Assembly (NCBI GenBank): GCA_963758435.1
Contig: CAVWVN010000010.1
Location: 3,227-67,226 of the forward strand
Source: Terriglobia bacterium
GTDB lineage: Bacteria; Acidobacteriota; Terriglobia; Terriglobales; Acidobacteriaceae
Direction of reading: 5' to 3'
DNA: 64,000 nt
Under the pieces are notes generated by a model. That model searched no databases and was not told where the DNA came from. It worked only from the letters and a program-made list of their open reading frames with translations. Each line of letters opens with the position of its first letter. Position 1 is the stretch's first letter. Below, one piece after another: positions 26,565 to 35,531 of this stretch. The translations under genes were made by a program, and so were the position numbers.

Positions 26565-26747
26565 GCATATTCCACTCTCACCTGGTTCGCGCTGTCCACG
26601 GCGGTTTGAGTTCGACGGTGCGCCATCCTGATGGAGTTGGCGGAGCGAACTGAGGCTGAAGCCCGGTTGTTCCCGAGTGTCTCTCGCAACGCTGAAGCGC
26701 TCTCTTCGAACGGGGCTGTGGGTTTCGGAGTGACACTATAAAATCCA

Positions 26748-26795
26748 GCCGAGCCTGGCTCGGCCAGGACGGGCGAGGGCGCCCGTCCCTACGTG
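26748..26795. repeat. REP family B copy (GCCGAGCC-TGGCTCGGC head, GGACGGGCG-AGG-GCGCCCGTCC hairpin, CTACGTG tail)
   Basis: The same architecture recurs at 28052, 38650, 39049, 43909 (reversed), 44075, 52126, 56448 and 61657. Confidence 0.8.
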
Positions 26796-26812
26796 AGGTG
26801 CGGCGCCGTCTT

Positions 26813-27562
26813 TTATCGGTAGCCGCCCGAGGCCAGCAGAGTTTCGCCCGTCAGCCATCCTGAATTTTCTGACGCCAGGAAGACCGCGATGGGCGCGATA
26901 TCTTGCGGTTGGCCGAATCGGCCGAGCGGCGTAGCCGCGACCATCCCTTTCTGGAAGTCGGTGCCGATGATGCCCATGGTGTGGACGCCCTCGGTCTCAA
27001 CCCCTCCCGGATTGATGGAGTTCACCCGGATTTTTCGGGGGCCCAGTTCTTTCGAGAGCACGGCCGTGACCGCGTCCACCGCCCCTTTGGTTGCCGAGTA
27101 AACGGAGGACGTGGCCGGAGCCAGTCGGCTGGCCACTGACCCGATGTTGATCACGCTTCCGCCCTTGGGCCCAAAATACTTGACCGCTTCGCGCGTGGCC
27201 AGAAGCAAGCCCAGCACGTTGGTGTTGAACTGGCGGTGAAATTCCTCTTCGGTGACCGCCTCGAGCGGTTCGAACTTGTAGACGCCGGCGTTGTTGACCA
27301 GCACGTCCAGTGCTCCAAAGGCCTTCTTGGTTTCCTTGAAGAGGCGTTGCACGTCAGCGGCCTTCGAGACGTCGCCCTGCACCGCGATGGCCTTGCCGCC
27401 CTTGCCGTTAATATCCGCCACCACGCGGTCGGCGCCCTCTTTGCTGGAGGCGTAGTTCACAACCACGGCCGCGCCCGCAGCTCCCAAATCTCTAGCGATC
27501 TGGGCGCCAATGCCCTTGGATGCGCCGGTTACAATAGCCACTTTGCCTGTCAGTTCGCTCAT
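26813..27562 (-). CDS. SDR family oxidoreductase (FabG-like)
   Basis: TGASKGIG cofactor motif, NNAG, and the S...YxxxK catalytic pattern (YSATKGAV). Confidence 0.9.
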   Translation of the reverse strand: MSELTGKVAIVTGASKGIGAQIARDLGAAGAAVVVNYASSKEGADRVVADINGKGGKAIAVQGDVSKAADVQRLFKETKKAFGALDVLVNNAGVYKFEPLEAVTEEEFHRQFNTNVLGLLLATREAVKYFGPKGGSVINIGSVASRLAPATSSVYSATKGAVDAVTAVLSKELGPRKIRVNSINPGGVETEGVHTMGIIGTDFQKGMVAATPLGRFGQPQDIAPIAVFLASENSGWLTGETLLASGGYR

Positions 27563-27664
27563 GTGAAATCTCCTGTCCCGGTATTGAATGACTTCGATAC
27601 TTAGATAACTATCGAATCGATAACGATTCGAAATTAGTTCGTGACATGAACTTTGGCCCGTGAA

Positions 27665-27958
27665 CTAGATTTTGGAGAGTCGCGCCAAATAGGCGCGCAG
27701 GACGTCGCGCTGCAGCATCAGGTTGGCGAACTTTCCTTCTCGAATGATTTGGATCAAGCCCGCGGTTTCCAACTCCTTGAGATGGTGAGACATGGTGGCG
27801 GCGCTGACGCGGTGGTTCTTAAGCAGGGCGGTGCAGGGCATCGACTGGGCACAGGCCCCAATCTCCTTGAGGATCTGGTAGCGCCGCGGTTCGGCCAGGG
27901 CGCGGGCGATGCGCGCAAACTGCCGGTCGGTCAGGCGGCCGGCTTCAGAGGTTGCCAT
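27665..27958 (-). CDS. ArsR/SmtB family transcriptional regulator
   Basis: 97 aa; [20 protein letters not shown]...[14 protein letters not shown] winged-helix motif. Confidence 0.85.
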   Translation of the reverse strand: MATSEAGRLTDRQFARIARALAEPRRYQILKEIGACAQSMPCTALLKNHRVSAATMSHHLKELETAGLIQIIREGKFANLMLQRDVLRAYLARLSKI

Positions 27959-28051
27959 GATTTCAAGGTACGCTGCGGCGGACGGCGATGTCCAGATGGT
28001 CAGAGGTTTGACAGCGGGCTTCGCGACAGCTGGAAAGTTTCACAAGAGCTT

Positions 28052-28087
28052 GCCGAGCTTTGCTCGGCCCGGACGGGCGAGGGCGCC
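28052..28087. repeat. REP family B copy directly preceding the 17-bp array
   Basis: GCCGAGCTTTGCTCGGCCCGGACGGGCGAGGGCGCC. Confidence 0.75.
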
Positions 28088-28172
28088 CGGCCCCACACGT
28101 GCACCGGCCCCACACGTGCACCGGCCCCACACGTGCACCGTCCCCACACGTGTACCGTCCCCACACCTGCAC
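28088..28172. repeat. tandem array, 5 x 17 bp (CGGCCCCACACGTGCAC)
   Basis: CACACGTG recurs at 28094, 28111, 28128, 28145 and 28162 (degenerate in the last unit). Units 1-3 are identical and units 4-5 carry 2 substitutions each. Confidence 0.9.
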
Positions 28173-29146
28173 TAGGTGCCGAATCTCCTCCGGTAGGCGC
28201 TGGGAGAGACCCCGGTGTGGCGCTGGAACAGGCTGCGGAAATAGGCTGGGTCCTGATAGCCCACCGCGTCACTGATTTCCTGCATGCTGCGGTGGTCGCT
28301 TTCCAGCAGGCGTTTGGCAGCCGCGACGCGCAGCTTCTGCAAATAGATCAGCGGGCTGTCTCCCGTGGCATGCTTGAAGCGACGAACGAAATTGCGCAGG
28401 CTCATGCCCACGCGCCGGGCCGGCGCCTCCAGCGGGAAGCTCTGGCGAAAATTCTCGTGCATCCAATCCTGCGCGCTGGAAATGCTATCGTCGGAGTGCT
28501 CGGTTTTTAAAGGCACGATGGCGAACCCAGCCTGCCATGCGCGGGGTGTCTCGATGAGCAGTGCCTTGGCACTTTGCATGGCAACCTCATGGCCGCAGAA
28601 TCGTTCTACCAGGTACAGGCTGAGATCGAGCGAAGCGTTTACTCCTCCGCCGCAGTAGAATCCGCGATCCTCGGTCACCATCAATTCCGGCATCCACTTC
28701 ACCTTCGGATATTTTTCGCGGAAGCGCTCCGCCAGTCCCCAGTGTGTGGTGGCGCGCTTGCCGTCGAGCAGGCCGGTGGCTGCCACCAGGCCGACACCTG
28801 AACACACGCTGGCGATGGCAGCGCCGCGCTTGTGCCAGCGCCGCAACCAGGGCACAACCGCCGCATTGCGTTCGACTACGTCGTCCAGGCTTAGTCCGGT
28901 GGTCGGAATGAAGATAAGATCGGTTTTGCGGACATCTGCCAGCGCCGCGGAGGGCTGGATCCGGATTTCCCCGTCGCAGCGGACGGCGCGTCCGTCGGCC
29001 GAAGCTGTCGTCACGCGAAAGCGGGGAACCGCCTGCTTGCCGGTGAGAACGTTCCACAGCGATCCGGTATGGCGGAAAACCTCCATCGGCCCGATAGCGG
29101 TTGAAGAGAAAGTTCCGTCGAGAAACAGGACTGTGATGTCGGTCAT
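28172..29146 (-). CDS. GlxA-type transcriptional regulator (DJ-1/PfpI domain plus AraC HTH)
   Basis: The N-terminal domain has the IASVCSG nucleophile elbow. The C-terminal AraC HTH reads YLQKLRVAAAKRLLE...AVGYQDPAYFRSLFQRHTGVSPSAYRR. The ATG at 29146 follows GGAGG. Confidence 0.85.
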   Translation of the reverse strand: MTDITVLFLDGTFSSTAIGPMEVFRHTGSLWNVLTGKQAVPRFRVTTASADGRAVRCDGEIRIQPSAALADVRKTDLIFIPTTGLSLDDVVERNAAVVPWLRRWHKRGAAIASVCSGVGLVAATGLLDGKRATTHWGLAERFREKYPKVKWMPELMVTEDRGFYCGGGVNASLDLSLYLVERFCGHEVAMQSAKALLIETPRAWQAGFAIVPLKTEHSDDSISSAQDWMHENFRQSFPLEAPARRVGMSLRNFVRRFKHATGDSPLIYLQKLRVAAAKRLLESDHRSMQEISDAVGYQDPAYFRSLFQRHTGVSPSAYRRRFGT

Positions 29147-29259
29147 GGCTGGTCCTCCCCCGCGGGGCAAAATGAGAATGGCGTAATCACCTACGTATAA
29201 TGGCAAATATGCCATCTTGTGACAAGGGCCTTTTGTCACTAATCTCGCAGTGTAAGGAA

Positions 29260-29370
29260 GCAGTCGTCAGTCGTCGGTCGTCGTTGTCAGTCCGCAGTCG
29301 TCCTGTCTTCAGTCACTCCCCCGGAGGCGACGGGGTCTTGATGACTGACGACCGACGAGTGACGACTGCC
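29260..29370. repeat. about 110-nt imperfect palindrome built from CAGTCGT-type heptamers
   Basis: GCAGTCGTCAGTCGTCGGTCGTC (29260-29282) pairs 22/23 with 29348-29370. Confidence 0.75.
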
Positions 29371-29393
29371 GCCTGTACCTAACGGAGGGGTTT

Positions 29394-29666
29394 ATGAAGA
29401 AATACGTGATCGAGCGCGAGATACCGAAAATCGGCAGTCTGGAGCGGGAACAATTGCAGCAGGGCGCGGCCAAGTCGAACCAGGTGCTGCGCCAGCTTGG
29501 ACCGGATATCCAGTGGTTGGAGTCGTTCGTTGCCGCCAACAAGATGTACTGCATGTATCTGGCCAAGAATGAAGCGCTGATCTACCGGCACGCGGAACTC
29601 AGTGGCTTTCCGGCCACCAGGGTGACGGAGATCGGCACGACCATTGATCCCACGACGGCGCTGTAG
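29394..29666 (+). CDS. DUF4242 family protein
   Basis: 90 aa: MKKYVIEREIP...VQW-like IQWLESFVAANKMYCMYLAKNEALIYRHAELSGFPA. Confidence 0.75.
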   Translation: MKKYVIEREIPKIGSLEREQLQQGAAKSNQVLRQLGPDIQWLESFVAANKMYCMYLAKNEALIYRHAELSGFPATRVTEIGTTIDPTTAL

Positions 29667-29748
29667 ATAGACCGTCGGGGCCCATGAAAGATCCCCGCCC
29701 AAGCAAAGCTTGGACGGGGCATCCCCCGAGATTGCTGCAGAGTTGTCC

Positions 29749-30564
29749 TTAGGCCACCGTGGCGTGCACTTCGAGGTACTCCGCTTTGATGACGGTGCGA
29801 TTGGCGTCGCCCAGGTTCCTGCTAGTCCAGTGCTGGGTGAGGTCCTCTGCCAGGGCGCGCTGACCGGCGTCGTCGAGGCGCGCGAATGTGGTTTGGGTGG
29901 GGCCAAAGTATTTGCGGAAAAAAGCAACCGCGTCGGACGGGGCAAAAGGATAATCAAAAAGCAGCTCCCGCTTGTTCATTTCGAGGCGCGCTTTTCCCCC
30001 CAGACGTTCGCTGACCACCCTTTCAACTCCCCACAGTGACGGCGGCAGTATGCCGGGCGGCGGCGGGGCGTGACGCGCGGTGATCTGGAACATCTGGCCG
30101 ACGAAGCCTTCCGGCGTCCAGTTTCCCATCGCGATCTTGCCGCCCGGGCGGCAGACGCGCAGTAGCTCTGCGGCAACAAAATCGGGCCGGGGAGCAAACA
30201 TGGCGCCGAACATGGACATCACCACGTCGAAGCGACCGTCATCGTAAGGCAGACTCTCGGCATCGCCCTCGACGAATTCGATTTTCAGATTTTCTTCCGC
30301 GGCGCGTTTGCGGGCCTGTTCCAGAAGATTGGGAGCGAGGTCGAGGCCGGTGACGTCCGCGCCGGTGCGGGCAGCGGGGAGGGATTGATTTCCCGTGCCG
30401 CAGGCCACGTCCAGCACCTTCGTCCCTGGCTTGAGATTGATGCGCTGGATGAAACCTTCTCCCTCGCGGACATTCAGTTTTGCAATTTCACCAAAGTCGC
30501 CGGCCATCCAGCTGGCCCGCAGGCGCTGTTTTAACTCCCCGAAACTGTCCGGCCCGCTGGCCAT
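29749..30564 (-). CDS. class I SAM-dependent methyltransferase
   Basis: VLDVACGTGNQSL...GADVTGLDLAPNLL motif I/II. The ATG at 30564 follows AGGAGG. The longer ORF start at 30630 lies inside a repeat element. Confidence 0.85.
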   Translation of the reverse strand: MASGPDSFGELKQRLRASWMAGDFGEIAKLNVREGEGFIQRINLKPGTKVLDVACGTGNQSLPAARTGADVTGLDLAPNLLEQARKRAAEENLKIEFVEGDAESLPYDDGRFDVVMSMFGAMFAPRPDFVAAELLRVCRPGGKIAMGNWTPEGFVGQMFQITARHAPPPPGILPPSLWGVERVVSERLGGKARLEMNKRELLFDYPFAPSDAVAFFRKYFGPTQTTFARLDDAGQRALAEDLTQHWTSRNLGDANRTVIKAEYLEVHATVA

Positions 30565-30615
30565 GGTTGCCTCCTGAAATAGTCTCGGGAAAATTATACG
30601 GGAGCCGGCCTCTGA

Positions 30616-30808
30616 GTGTGGGTCGGACACTCCCTTCGACTTCGCTCAGGGCAGGCTTTGTCAGACGCCTTTGAACTTAAGTTCTTGTCTTTGACTTTAT
30701 GTCCGAAAGACGAACCGGCCGGCTCGCCAACGACCAGCAAAAATCAAATTCAAAGGCGTCGGACAAAGCCTGCCCTGAGCGAAGTCGAAGGGAGTGTCCG
30801 ACCCACAC
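30616..30808. mobile_element. 193-bp MITE-like element with 60-bp terminal inverted repeats (59/60) and a 73-nt centre
   Basis: The arms at 30616-30675 and 30749-30808 are reverse complements except for one base. Each arm nests REP-A (GTGGGTCGGACACTCC...) around family-E (CCTTCGACTTCGCTCAGGGCAGGC). Confidence 0.7.
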
Positions 30809-30814
30809 TACTTT

Positions 30815-31621
30815 TTATTGCGAGGCTCCCACGATTTTGCTTTGCACGTGGGTGTGCTCGAAGGCCTTGTTCTCCAAAGACACGGTCATGTTTCGATTGA
30901 AGAAGAAGAGTGCGCGAATGCGAAATTCGCTGCCCAGGCTGACCGGGAACCAGACTCCGTCTTCCTGTCTGCGGTAGTGGACGGCAAATCCGATGCCGGG
31001 CAGATCTGTGCCCAGGAAAGTCCGTACTCCGAAGGGCAGGCGGCGCGACAACTTGGTGAATACGTACATCGGCTGAAACTCCTGGGCGTCGATGTAGGCC
31101 TCACCCGCCCAATCAGTGTCATCGTCGTCTTTGGGAGTGAAAGCGATGTGGTAGGACTGGCGGCCTTCGAACGGCTCCTGATCCATGAGGCGGAATTTGT
31201 ACTCTTTTTGCTGCTCGGTGGTGAGCGGGAAGAGGTCGCGGGCCATGCCGTCCTTCGACTCATCGTTGGTGAGGTCTTCGCGAAAATCGTGAATCAGTTC
31301 TCCGTCAGTGCTGTCGGCGTTGGGCACAGGCTCGCCGCTGAAGCCCTCGTACTTGCCCTTGTGCCAGTAGCGGCCGGTGAGTTGCTGCAGCGTTCTATCG
31401 CTATGGTCGGGTTTGGGGACGACCTGGTAGTCGGCGGTCTCCTCGCGCAGGACTTTGCCATTGGTCTTTCGGGCGATGATTTGGATGTGTTGCTGGTAGA
31501 GGTACTGGCTGCGCAGCTTTTCGCTGCTGTCCTGATTGGTGGCCACCCGCGCCATGATGGCGTCGGCGGTCAGAGGTTCGTCCGCTTTTGCCTGTGGCAA
31601 GCAAACGGCGAGGACAAGCAT
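30815..31621 (-). CDS. secreted hypothetical protein (possibly LolA-like fold)
   Basis: Signal-like MLVLAVCLPQAKA. The longer ORF start (31696) would translate a REP-A copy. The family call is weak. Confidence 0.5.
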   Translation of the reverse strand: MLVLAVCLPQAKADEPLTADAIMARVATNQDSSEKLRSQYLYQQHIQIIARKTNGKVLREETADYQVVPKPDHSDRTLQQLTGRYWHKGKYEGFSGEPVPNADSTDGELIHDFREDLTNDESKDGMARDLFPLTTEQQKEYKFRLMDQEPFEGRQSYHIAFTPKDDDDTDWAGEAYIDAQEFQPMYVFTKLSRRLPFGVRTFLGTDLPGIGFAVHYRRQEDGVWFPVSLGSEFRIRALFFFNRNMTVSLENKAFEHTHVQSKIVGASQ

Positions 31622-31633
31622 CGGGAACAGTAA

Positions 31634-31667
31634 GTGTGGGTCGGACACTCTTGTCCGACGCCTTTGA
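31634..31667. repeat. REP family A single copy (GTGTGGGTCGGACACTCTTGTCCGACGCCTTTGA)
   Basis: Internal hairpin GTCGGACA-CTCT-TGTCCGAC. Confidence 0.8.
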
Positions 31668-31827
31668 CTCACCATAGCAGTCTCAAGCGGTCTCACGATT
31701 AGGTACGGAGACTCCGGGGCTGGAGTTCCGTTTTGTTTTGCGAGATCGGCGGAGCTTTGCTCCGCTGGGCAGGTGAGGAGATCCTTCGACTTCGCTCAGG
31801 ACAGGCTCTGCCCCCGCATGAGTGGCG

Positions 31828-33069
31828 TTAACTTCCCATCTGGACCTGCAGGGTTTCTCCAGGGAGGCGGACCATTCTTCCCCGGGCTGCGGCTTCGGCA
31901 GGATCGATGTGAACCCGAGTGCGGGCCGGCTTTTCCAAGGGAGCGTCGTCGGCCTGCATTCTCTCCATACGGATGCCCAGGGTGCGTTCCAACTGGTGCA
32001 GCTCGGAGCGCTGTTCCCGGCCGAAGAGTGTGGAGGCTACGCCCTGTTCGCCGGCGCGTCCGGTGCGGCCTACGCGGTGGATGAAGTTTTCCGCCACCTC
32101 GGGCAGATCGTAGTTGATCACGTGGGCAATGTCCTGCACGTGAATGCCGCGTGAGGCCAGGTCGGTAGCGACCAGAATGCGGTAGCGTCCCTGCTGAAAT
32201 CCAGTCAGGGCCGCGATGCGTTGCGACTGCGAGCGGTCACCGTGGATCATGGCGGCGGCAAAGCCTTCGCGATTCAGGTTGCGGGCCAGGCGCTCGGTGC
32301 CGCGCTTGGTGCGGGCGAAGATCAGACAGCGGCCGGTCTCCTTTGACAGCAGGCGGTGGAGCATCTCCTGTTTGCGGTCGGTATCCACTTCGAAAGCCTG
32401 CACCCGTACATTTTCCGACGGCTTCAAGATGGAGCCGAAGGCCAAACGCACCGGGTTTCTGGTGTAGTCACTGACCAGGTGCGCAACCGACGCTTCCAGA
32501 GTGGCGGAAAAGCACAAGGTCTGGCGATCTTTGGGCAGAACTCTCGCGATCCGGCGCAGCGCGGGAAGAAATCCCATGTCGAGCATGCGGTCGGCTTCAT
32601 CCAGCACGAGAACCTGAAGGCTCTGGAAGCTGATCAGGCGGCGGTCGAGAAAGTCTTCGAGGCGGCCTGGCGTGGCCACCACGATACGCGCTCCCCTGCG
32701 AAGCGCAGTCAGCTGATTTCCTTCTGCCAGTCCGCCTACGACCAGGGCCGCGGGCGACAATTTCGTGCCCCGCAAGGCGTTGTACTGGTCCACCACCTGC
32801 ATGGCCAGTTCACGCGTGGGAACCAGCACCAGTGCGGCGATGCCGGATTTTCCGGAGTCCGCCTTTCCGGGCTGGAGCAGACGCTCGATGATCGGGATCA
32901 GGAAGGCCAGGGTTTTGCCGGTACCGGTCTGGGCTGTGGCCAGTACGTCTTTGCCGGTAAGGGCCTGCGGAATGGCCGCAGCTTGCACCGGGGTTGGGAT
33001 GGAAAAGTTAAGGGACGACAACCTCTCCTGGGTATAAGGGGAGATTGGTAATTCTGAAAAACTCTGCAT
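31828..33069 (-). CDS. rhlE: DEAD-box ATP-dependent RNA helicase
   Basis: AQTGTGKT, DEAD (VLDEADRMLD), SAT and HRVGRTGRAG motifs. Start at MQSFSELPISP (33069). Confidence 0.9.
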   Translation of the reverse strand: MQSFSELPISPYTQERLSSLNFSIPTPVQAAAIPQALTGKDVLATAQTGTGKTLAFLIPIIERLLQPGKADSGKSGIAALVLVPTRELAMQVVDQYNALRGTKLSPAALVVGGLAEGNQLTALRRGARIVVATPGRLEDFLDRRLISFQSLQVLVLDEADRMLDMGFLPALRRIARVLPKDRQTLCFSATLEASVAHLVSDYTRNPVRLAFGSILKPSENVRVQAFEVDTDRKQEMLHRLLSKETGRCLIFARTKRGTERLARNLNREGFAAAMIHGDRSQSQRIAALTGFQQGRYRILVATDLASRGIHVQDIAHVINYDLPEVAENFIHRVGRTGRAGEQGVASTLFGREQRSELHQLERTLGIRMERMQADDAPLEKPARTRVHIDPAEAAARGRMVRLPGETLQVQMGS

Positions 33070-33385
33070 TGATGTTTTTTCTCTTTTTCTGTTGGCGGAA
33101 GCAAGGGCGGCGCGCACACAGGCGGGCAGCAACTAGCATTTGCCAGTATTTACGCCGAAGACTTACGGAGGGAAATTAGGCGGGAATTCAGATACAAACC
33201 AGAGCAACCGCACCACAACCGTGGTATTAGACGCACCCACAGTATAGCACGTGGAGTGAGGGGTTCTTGCAGTTCGAGGTGACTTTGGTGATGCGGGGAA
33301 GAGTAAGCCATTGTTTTCAACGTTGTCGCTCTCGCCATGGTTCAGTAGCAGCCGTCGCAGACCGAAAGATCATGACCGCTAACGG

Positions 33386-33919
33386 TTAGGTGACGAAGGT
33401 CGGCGCAGTCAGATAGCGCAGCGCTCGATCGACACATGCTTCCAGAGGTTCGTCGGTGTCGATAACGAGTCTGGGTGGGTCGATCGGCTCCCACGCCTTC
33501 CGGATCTCGCGATAGAGTTGCGGCGTGCGATTCGCGGCGAGGTGGCTGTTTGCCGCCACCGCTTCCGCGATGCGTCCTAGTGCAGACGCCTCTGAACAGA
33601 CGCACTCCAGTGTGGCCCACGTGGTTCCCAATTGCGTGCTGAACTCGATCACTCGGTCCCGCTGGTATCGCCGCGAGAAGGTGCGGCCATCCAACAGAAC
33701 GTGGAGTTCGGGATGTTTCGACAGCAGATACGCGGCCGTCTGCAGCATGATGTCCCCGCAGAAATCGTCCTGCGCTAGCGAATACTCGACATATGCCGGT
33801 GGGAAGAGCGACGCTCGAATCGAGTCCTTTTCGAGAACCGCGCCGGGAAGCCGCTGTGCGAGTGCCCGGGCCAGCGTGCTCTTGCCTGTCCCCGGGAGGC
33901 CCGCGATGATCACGATCAT
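33386..33919 (-). CDS. P-loop kinase-like ATP-binding protein (AAA_33-type)
   Basis: MIVIIAGLPGTGKSTLARAL Walker A at the N-terminus; 177 aa. Confidence 0.7.
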   Translation of the reverse strand: MIVIIAGLPGTGKSTLARALAQRLPGAVLEKDSIRASLFPPAYVEYSLAQDDFCGDIMLQTAAYLLSKHPELHVLLDGRTFSRRYQRDRVIEFSTQLGTTWATLECVCSEASALGRIAEAVAANSHLAANRTPQLYREIRKAWEPIDPPRLVIDTDEPLEACVDRALRYLTAPTFVT

Positions 33920-33975
33920 ATGAACTCCGCTTTGGTGGCGACTCGTTCATATTATGCATTTGTTCGGACGGGTGG

Positions 33976-34014
33976 CGGGTGGCCCACTCAAGTCCGGTTT
34001 TGGCTTGAGTGGGG
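33976..34014 (+). repeat. REP family D copy (CGGGTGGCCCACTCAAGTCCGGTTTTGGCTTGAGTGGGG)
   Basis: Internal 10-bp hairpin CCCACTCAAG/CTTGAGTGGG. An inverted partner lies at 35532-35570 (36/39 identical). Confidence 0.8.
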
Positions 34015-34046
34015 ATGGGTACAGACCGGAGACGTGCCTGACAGAA

Positions 34047-35395
34047 CAGACCGGAGAGATTCCTGACACTACATAAAAACCGAAGGGCATGTAGAAACAC
34101 TGCATGCCCTGGAAAGAGAGTAGTGTCGTGGAAGAACGTGCCAGATTTGTTTTGGAGTATGAGCGAGGTCTGTGCAGCATGGCGGAGTTGTGCCGAAGAT
34201 ACGGAGTTTCGCGAGAAACCGGTTACGTGTGGACGCGGCGTTACGAGGCGGAAGGAATCCACGGGTTACAGGACCACAGTCGGGCTCCGCATCGCCCTGG
34301 CAATCGCACGCCGAGCGAGATCGAGGCGGCGGTGTTGGAGCTGCGGCGGGAGCACATGCGCTGGGGGCCGCGCAAACTGAAGTGGCTCCTAGAGCAAGCC
34401 GAGCCCGCCGTCGCTTGGCCGGCGGCCAGCACCATCGGCGAGATGCTGGCGCGGGAGGGTTTGGTGGTGGCACGCAAGCGGCGCCAGCGCGTGCCGCCCT
34501 ATACCCGGCCATTCGCCACCGCCCAGGAATCGAACCGGGTTTGGTGCGTGGATTTCAAAGGCTGTTTTCGGACCGGGAATGGAGAACGCATCGACCCGTT
34601 GACCCTTAGCGACGCCTATAGCCGCTACTTACTGCGCTGTCAGGCGGTGGAGAAGACTGACACCGAGCGGGTGCAGGCTATCTTCGCCGCTGCCTTCGGC
34701 GAGTATGGCATGCCGGAAGTGATCCGCAGCGATAACGGGACGCCGTTTGCCGCACGAGCGGTCAACGGAGTTTCCCGGCTTTCGCTGTGGTGGATGAAGT
34801 TGGGGATTCGTCCGGAGCGCATTCAGGCCGGACATCCGGAGCAGAACGGTCGGCATGAGCGCATGCATCGTACGTTGAAACAGGAGACCGCGAGCCCGCC
34901 GGCGGCTACGGCACGGTCGCAGCAACGCGCCTTCGATCGTTTCCGTCGCGACTATAACGAACTGCGTCCCCACGAAGCGCTCGCCATGCGGACGCCAGCC
35001 TCGGTCTATCTTTGCTCGCCGCGGCTGTATCCGGGCCGAGCGCGGGACCCTGAGTATGACACCGGATTCCAGGTCAGGCGGATCCAGAAACAAGGCCAGT
35101 TTCGCTGGCGCTCGCAGCGCGTGTTTCTGGGCACCGTGTTTCAGGGCGAACGTGTGGGCTTGCTGCCCACCGATGACGGCTGCTTTACCGTGTACTTCGC
35201 CCAGTTTCCGATTGCACATTTTGACAGCCGCACCCTCAAGGTTCTTGCCTTGTCAAGAGGCCCAGGCTTCGACATGGATGAGGCAGGGGAAGTGGACGGT
35301 TCCCCTTCCCCTGCACCCCATCCCCTCGAACTGCAGGCCGAAGAAAAACTGTCAGGTATGTCTCCGGTCTAAAATGTCAGGAATCTCCCCGGCTG
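34047..35395 (+). mobile_element. IS481-family insertion sequence (about 1.35 kb)
   Basis: Imperfect terminal IRs: CAGACCGGAGAGATTCCTGACA (34047-34068) versus TGTCAGGAATCTCCCCGGCTG (35375-35395). A second related repeat pair is offset by 25 nt (34022-34044 and 35350-35370). No clear target duplication. Confidence 0.75.
34104..35372 (+). CDS. IS481-family transposase (HTH plus DDE/integrase core domain)
   Basis: 422 aa. N-terminal HTH (MAELCRRYGVSRETGYVW...) and an rve-type core (WCVDFKG...IRSDNGTPF...HPEQNGRHERMHRTLK). Confidence 0.9.
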   Translation: MPWKESSVVEERARFVLEYERGLCSMAELCRRYGVSRETGYVWTRRYEAEGIHGLQDHSRAPHRPGNRTPSEIEAAVLELRREHMRWGPRKLKWLLEQAEPAVAWPAASTIGEMLAREGLVVARKRRQRVPPYTRPFATAQESNRVWCVDFKGCFRTGNGERIDPLTLSDAYSRYLLRCQAVEKTDTERVQAIFAAAFGEYGMPEVIRSDNGTPFAARAVNGVSRLSLWWMKLGIRPERIQAGHPEQNGRHERMHRTLKQETASPPAATARSQQRAFDRFRRDYNELRPHEALAMRTPASVYLCSPRLYPGRARDPEYDTGFQVRRIQKQGQFRWRSQRVFLGTVFQGERVGLLPTDDGCFTVYFAQFPIAHFDSRTLKVLALSRGPGFDMDEAGEVDGSPSPAPHPLELQAEEKLSGMSPV

Positions 35396-35531
35396 CTCAG
35401 GGATGTTCACTGAGCGGAGCGATTGTTCGCACTACCGAACCGGGCGTGGGGAACAAGTTGCGACCGAGTCGGAATGGACGGCGCGAAAACGCGAACGAGT
35501 GGCGAGAGGACTTTGTCCAACTGGGGAATTG

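Noticed and set aside
28088-28172. The tandem 17-bp array considered as a CRISPR array.
   Set aside because: The units are contiguous with no spacers, the period is too short, and there are no cas genes. It is a simple tandem repeat derived from a REP tail.
33133-33385. The 250-nt untranslated stretch upstream of the DEAD-box helicase, considered as a candidate riboswitch or ncRNA.
   Set aside because: Long 5' UTRs are usual for cold-shock-type helicase genes. I could not recognise any conserved riboswitch core by eye. It is not reportable without an Rfam scan.
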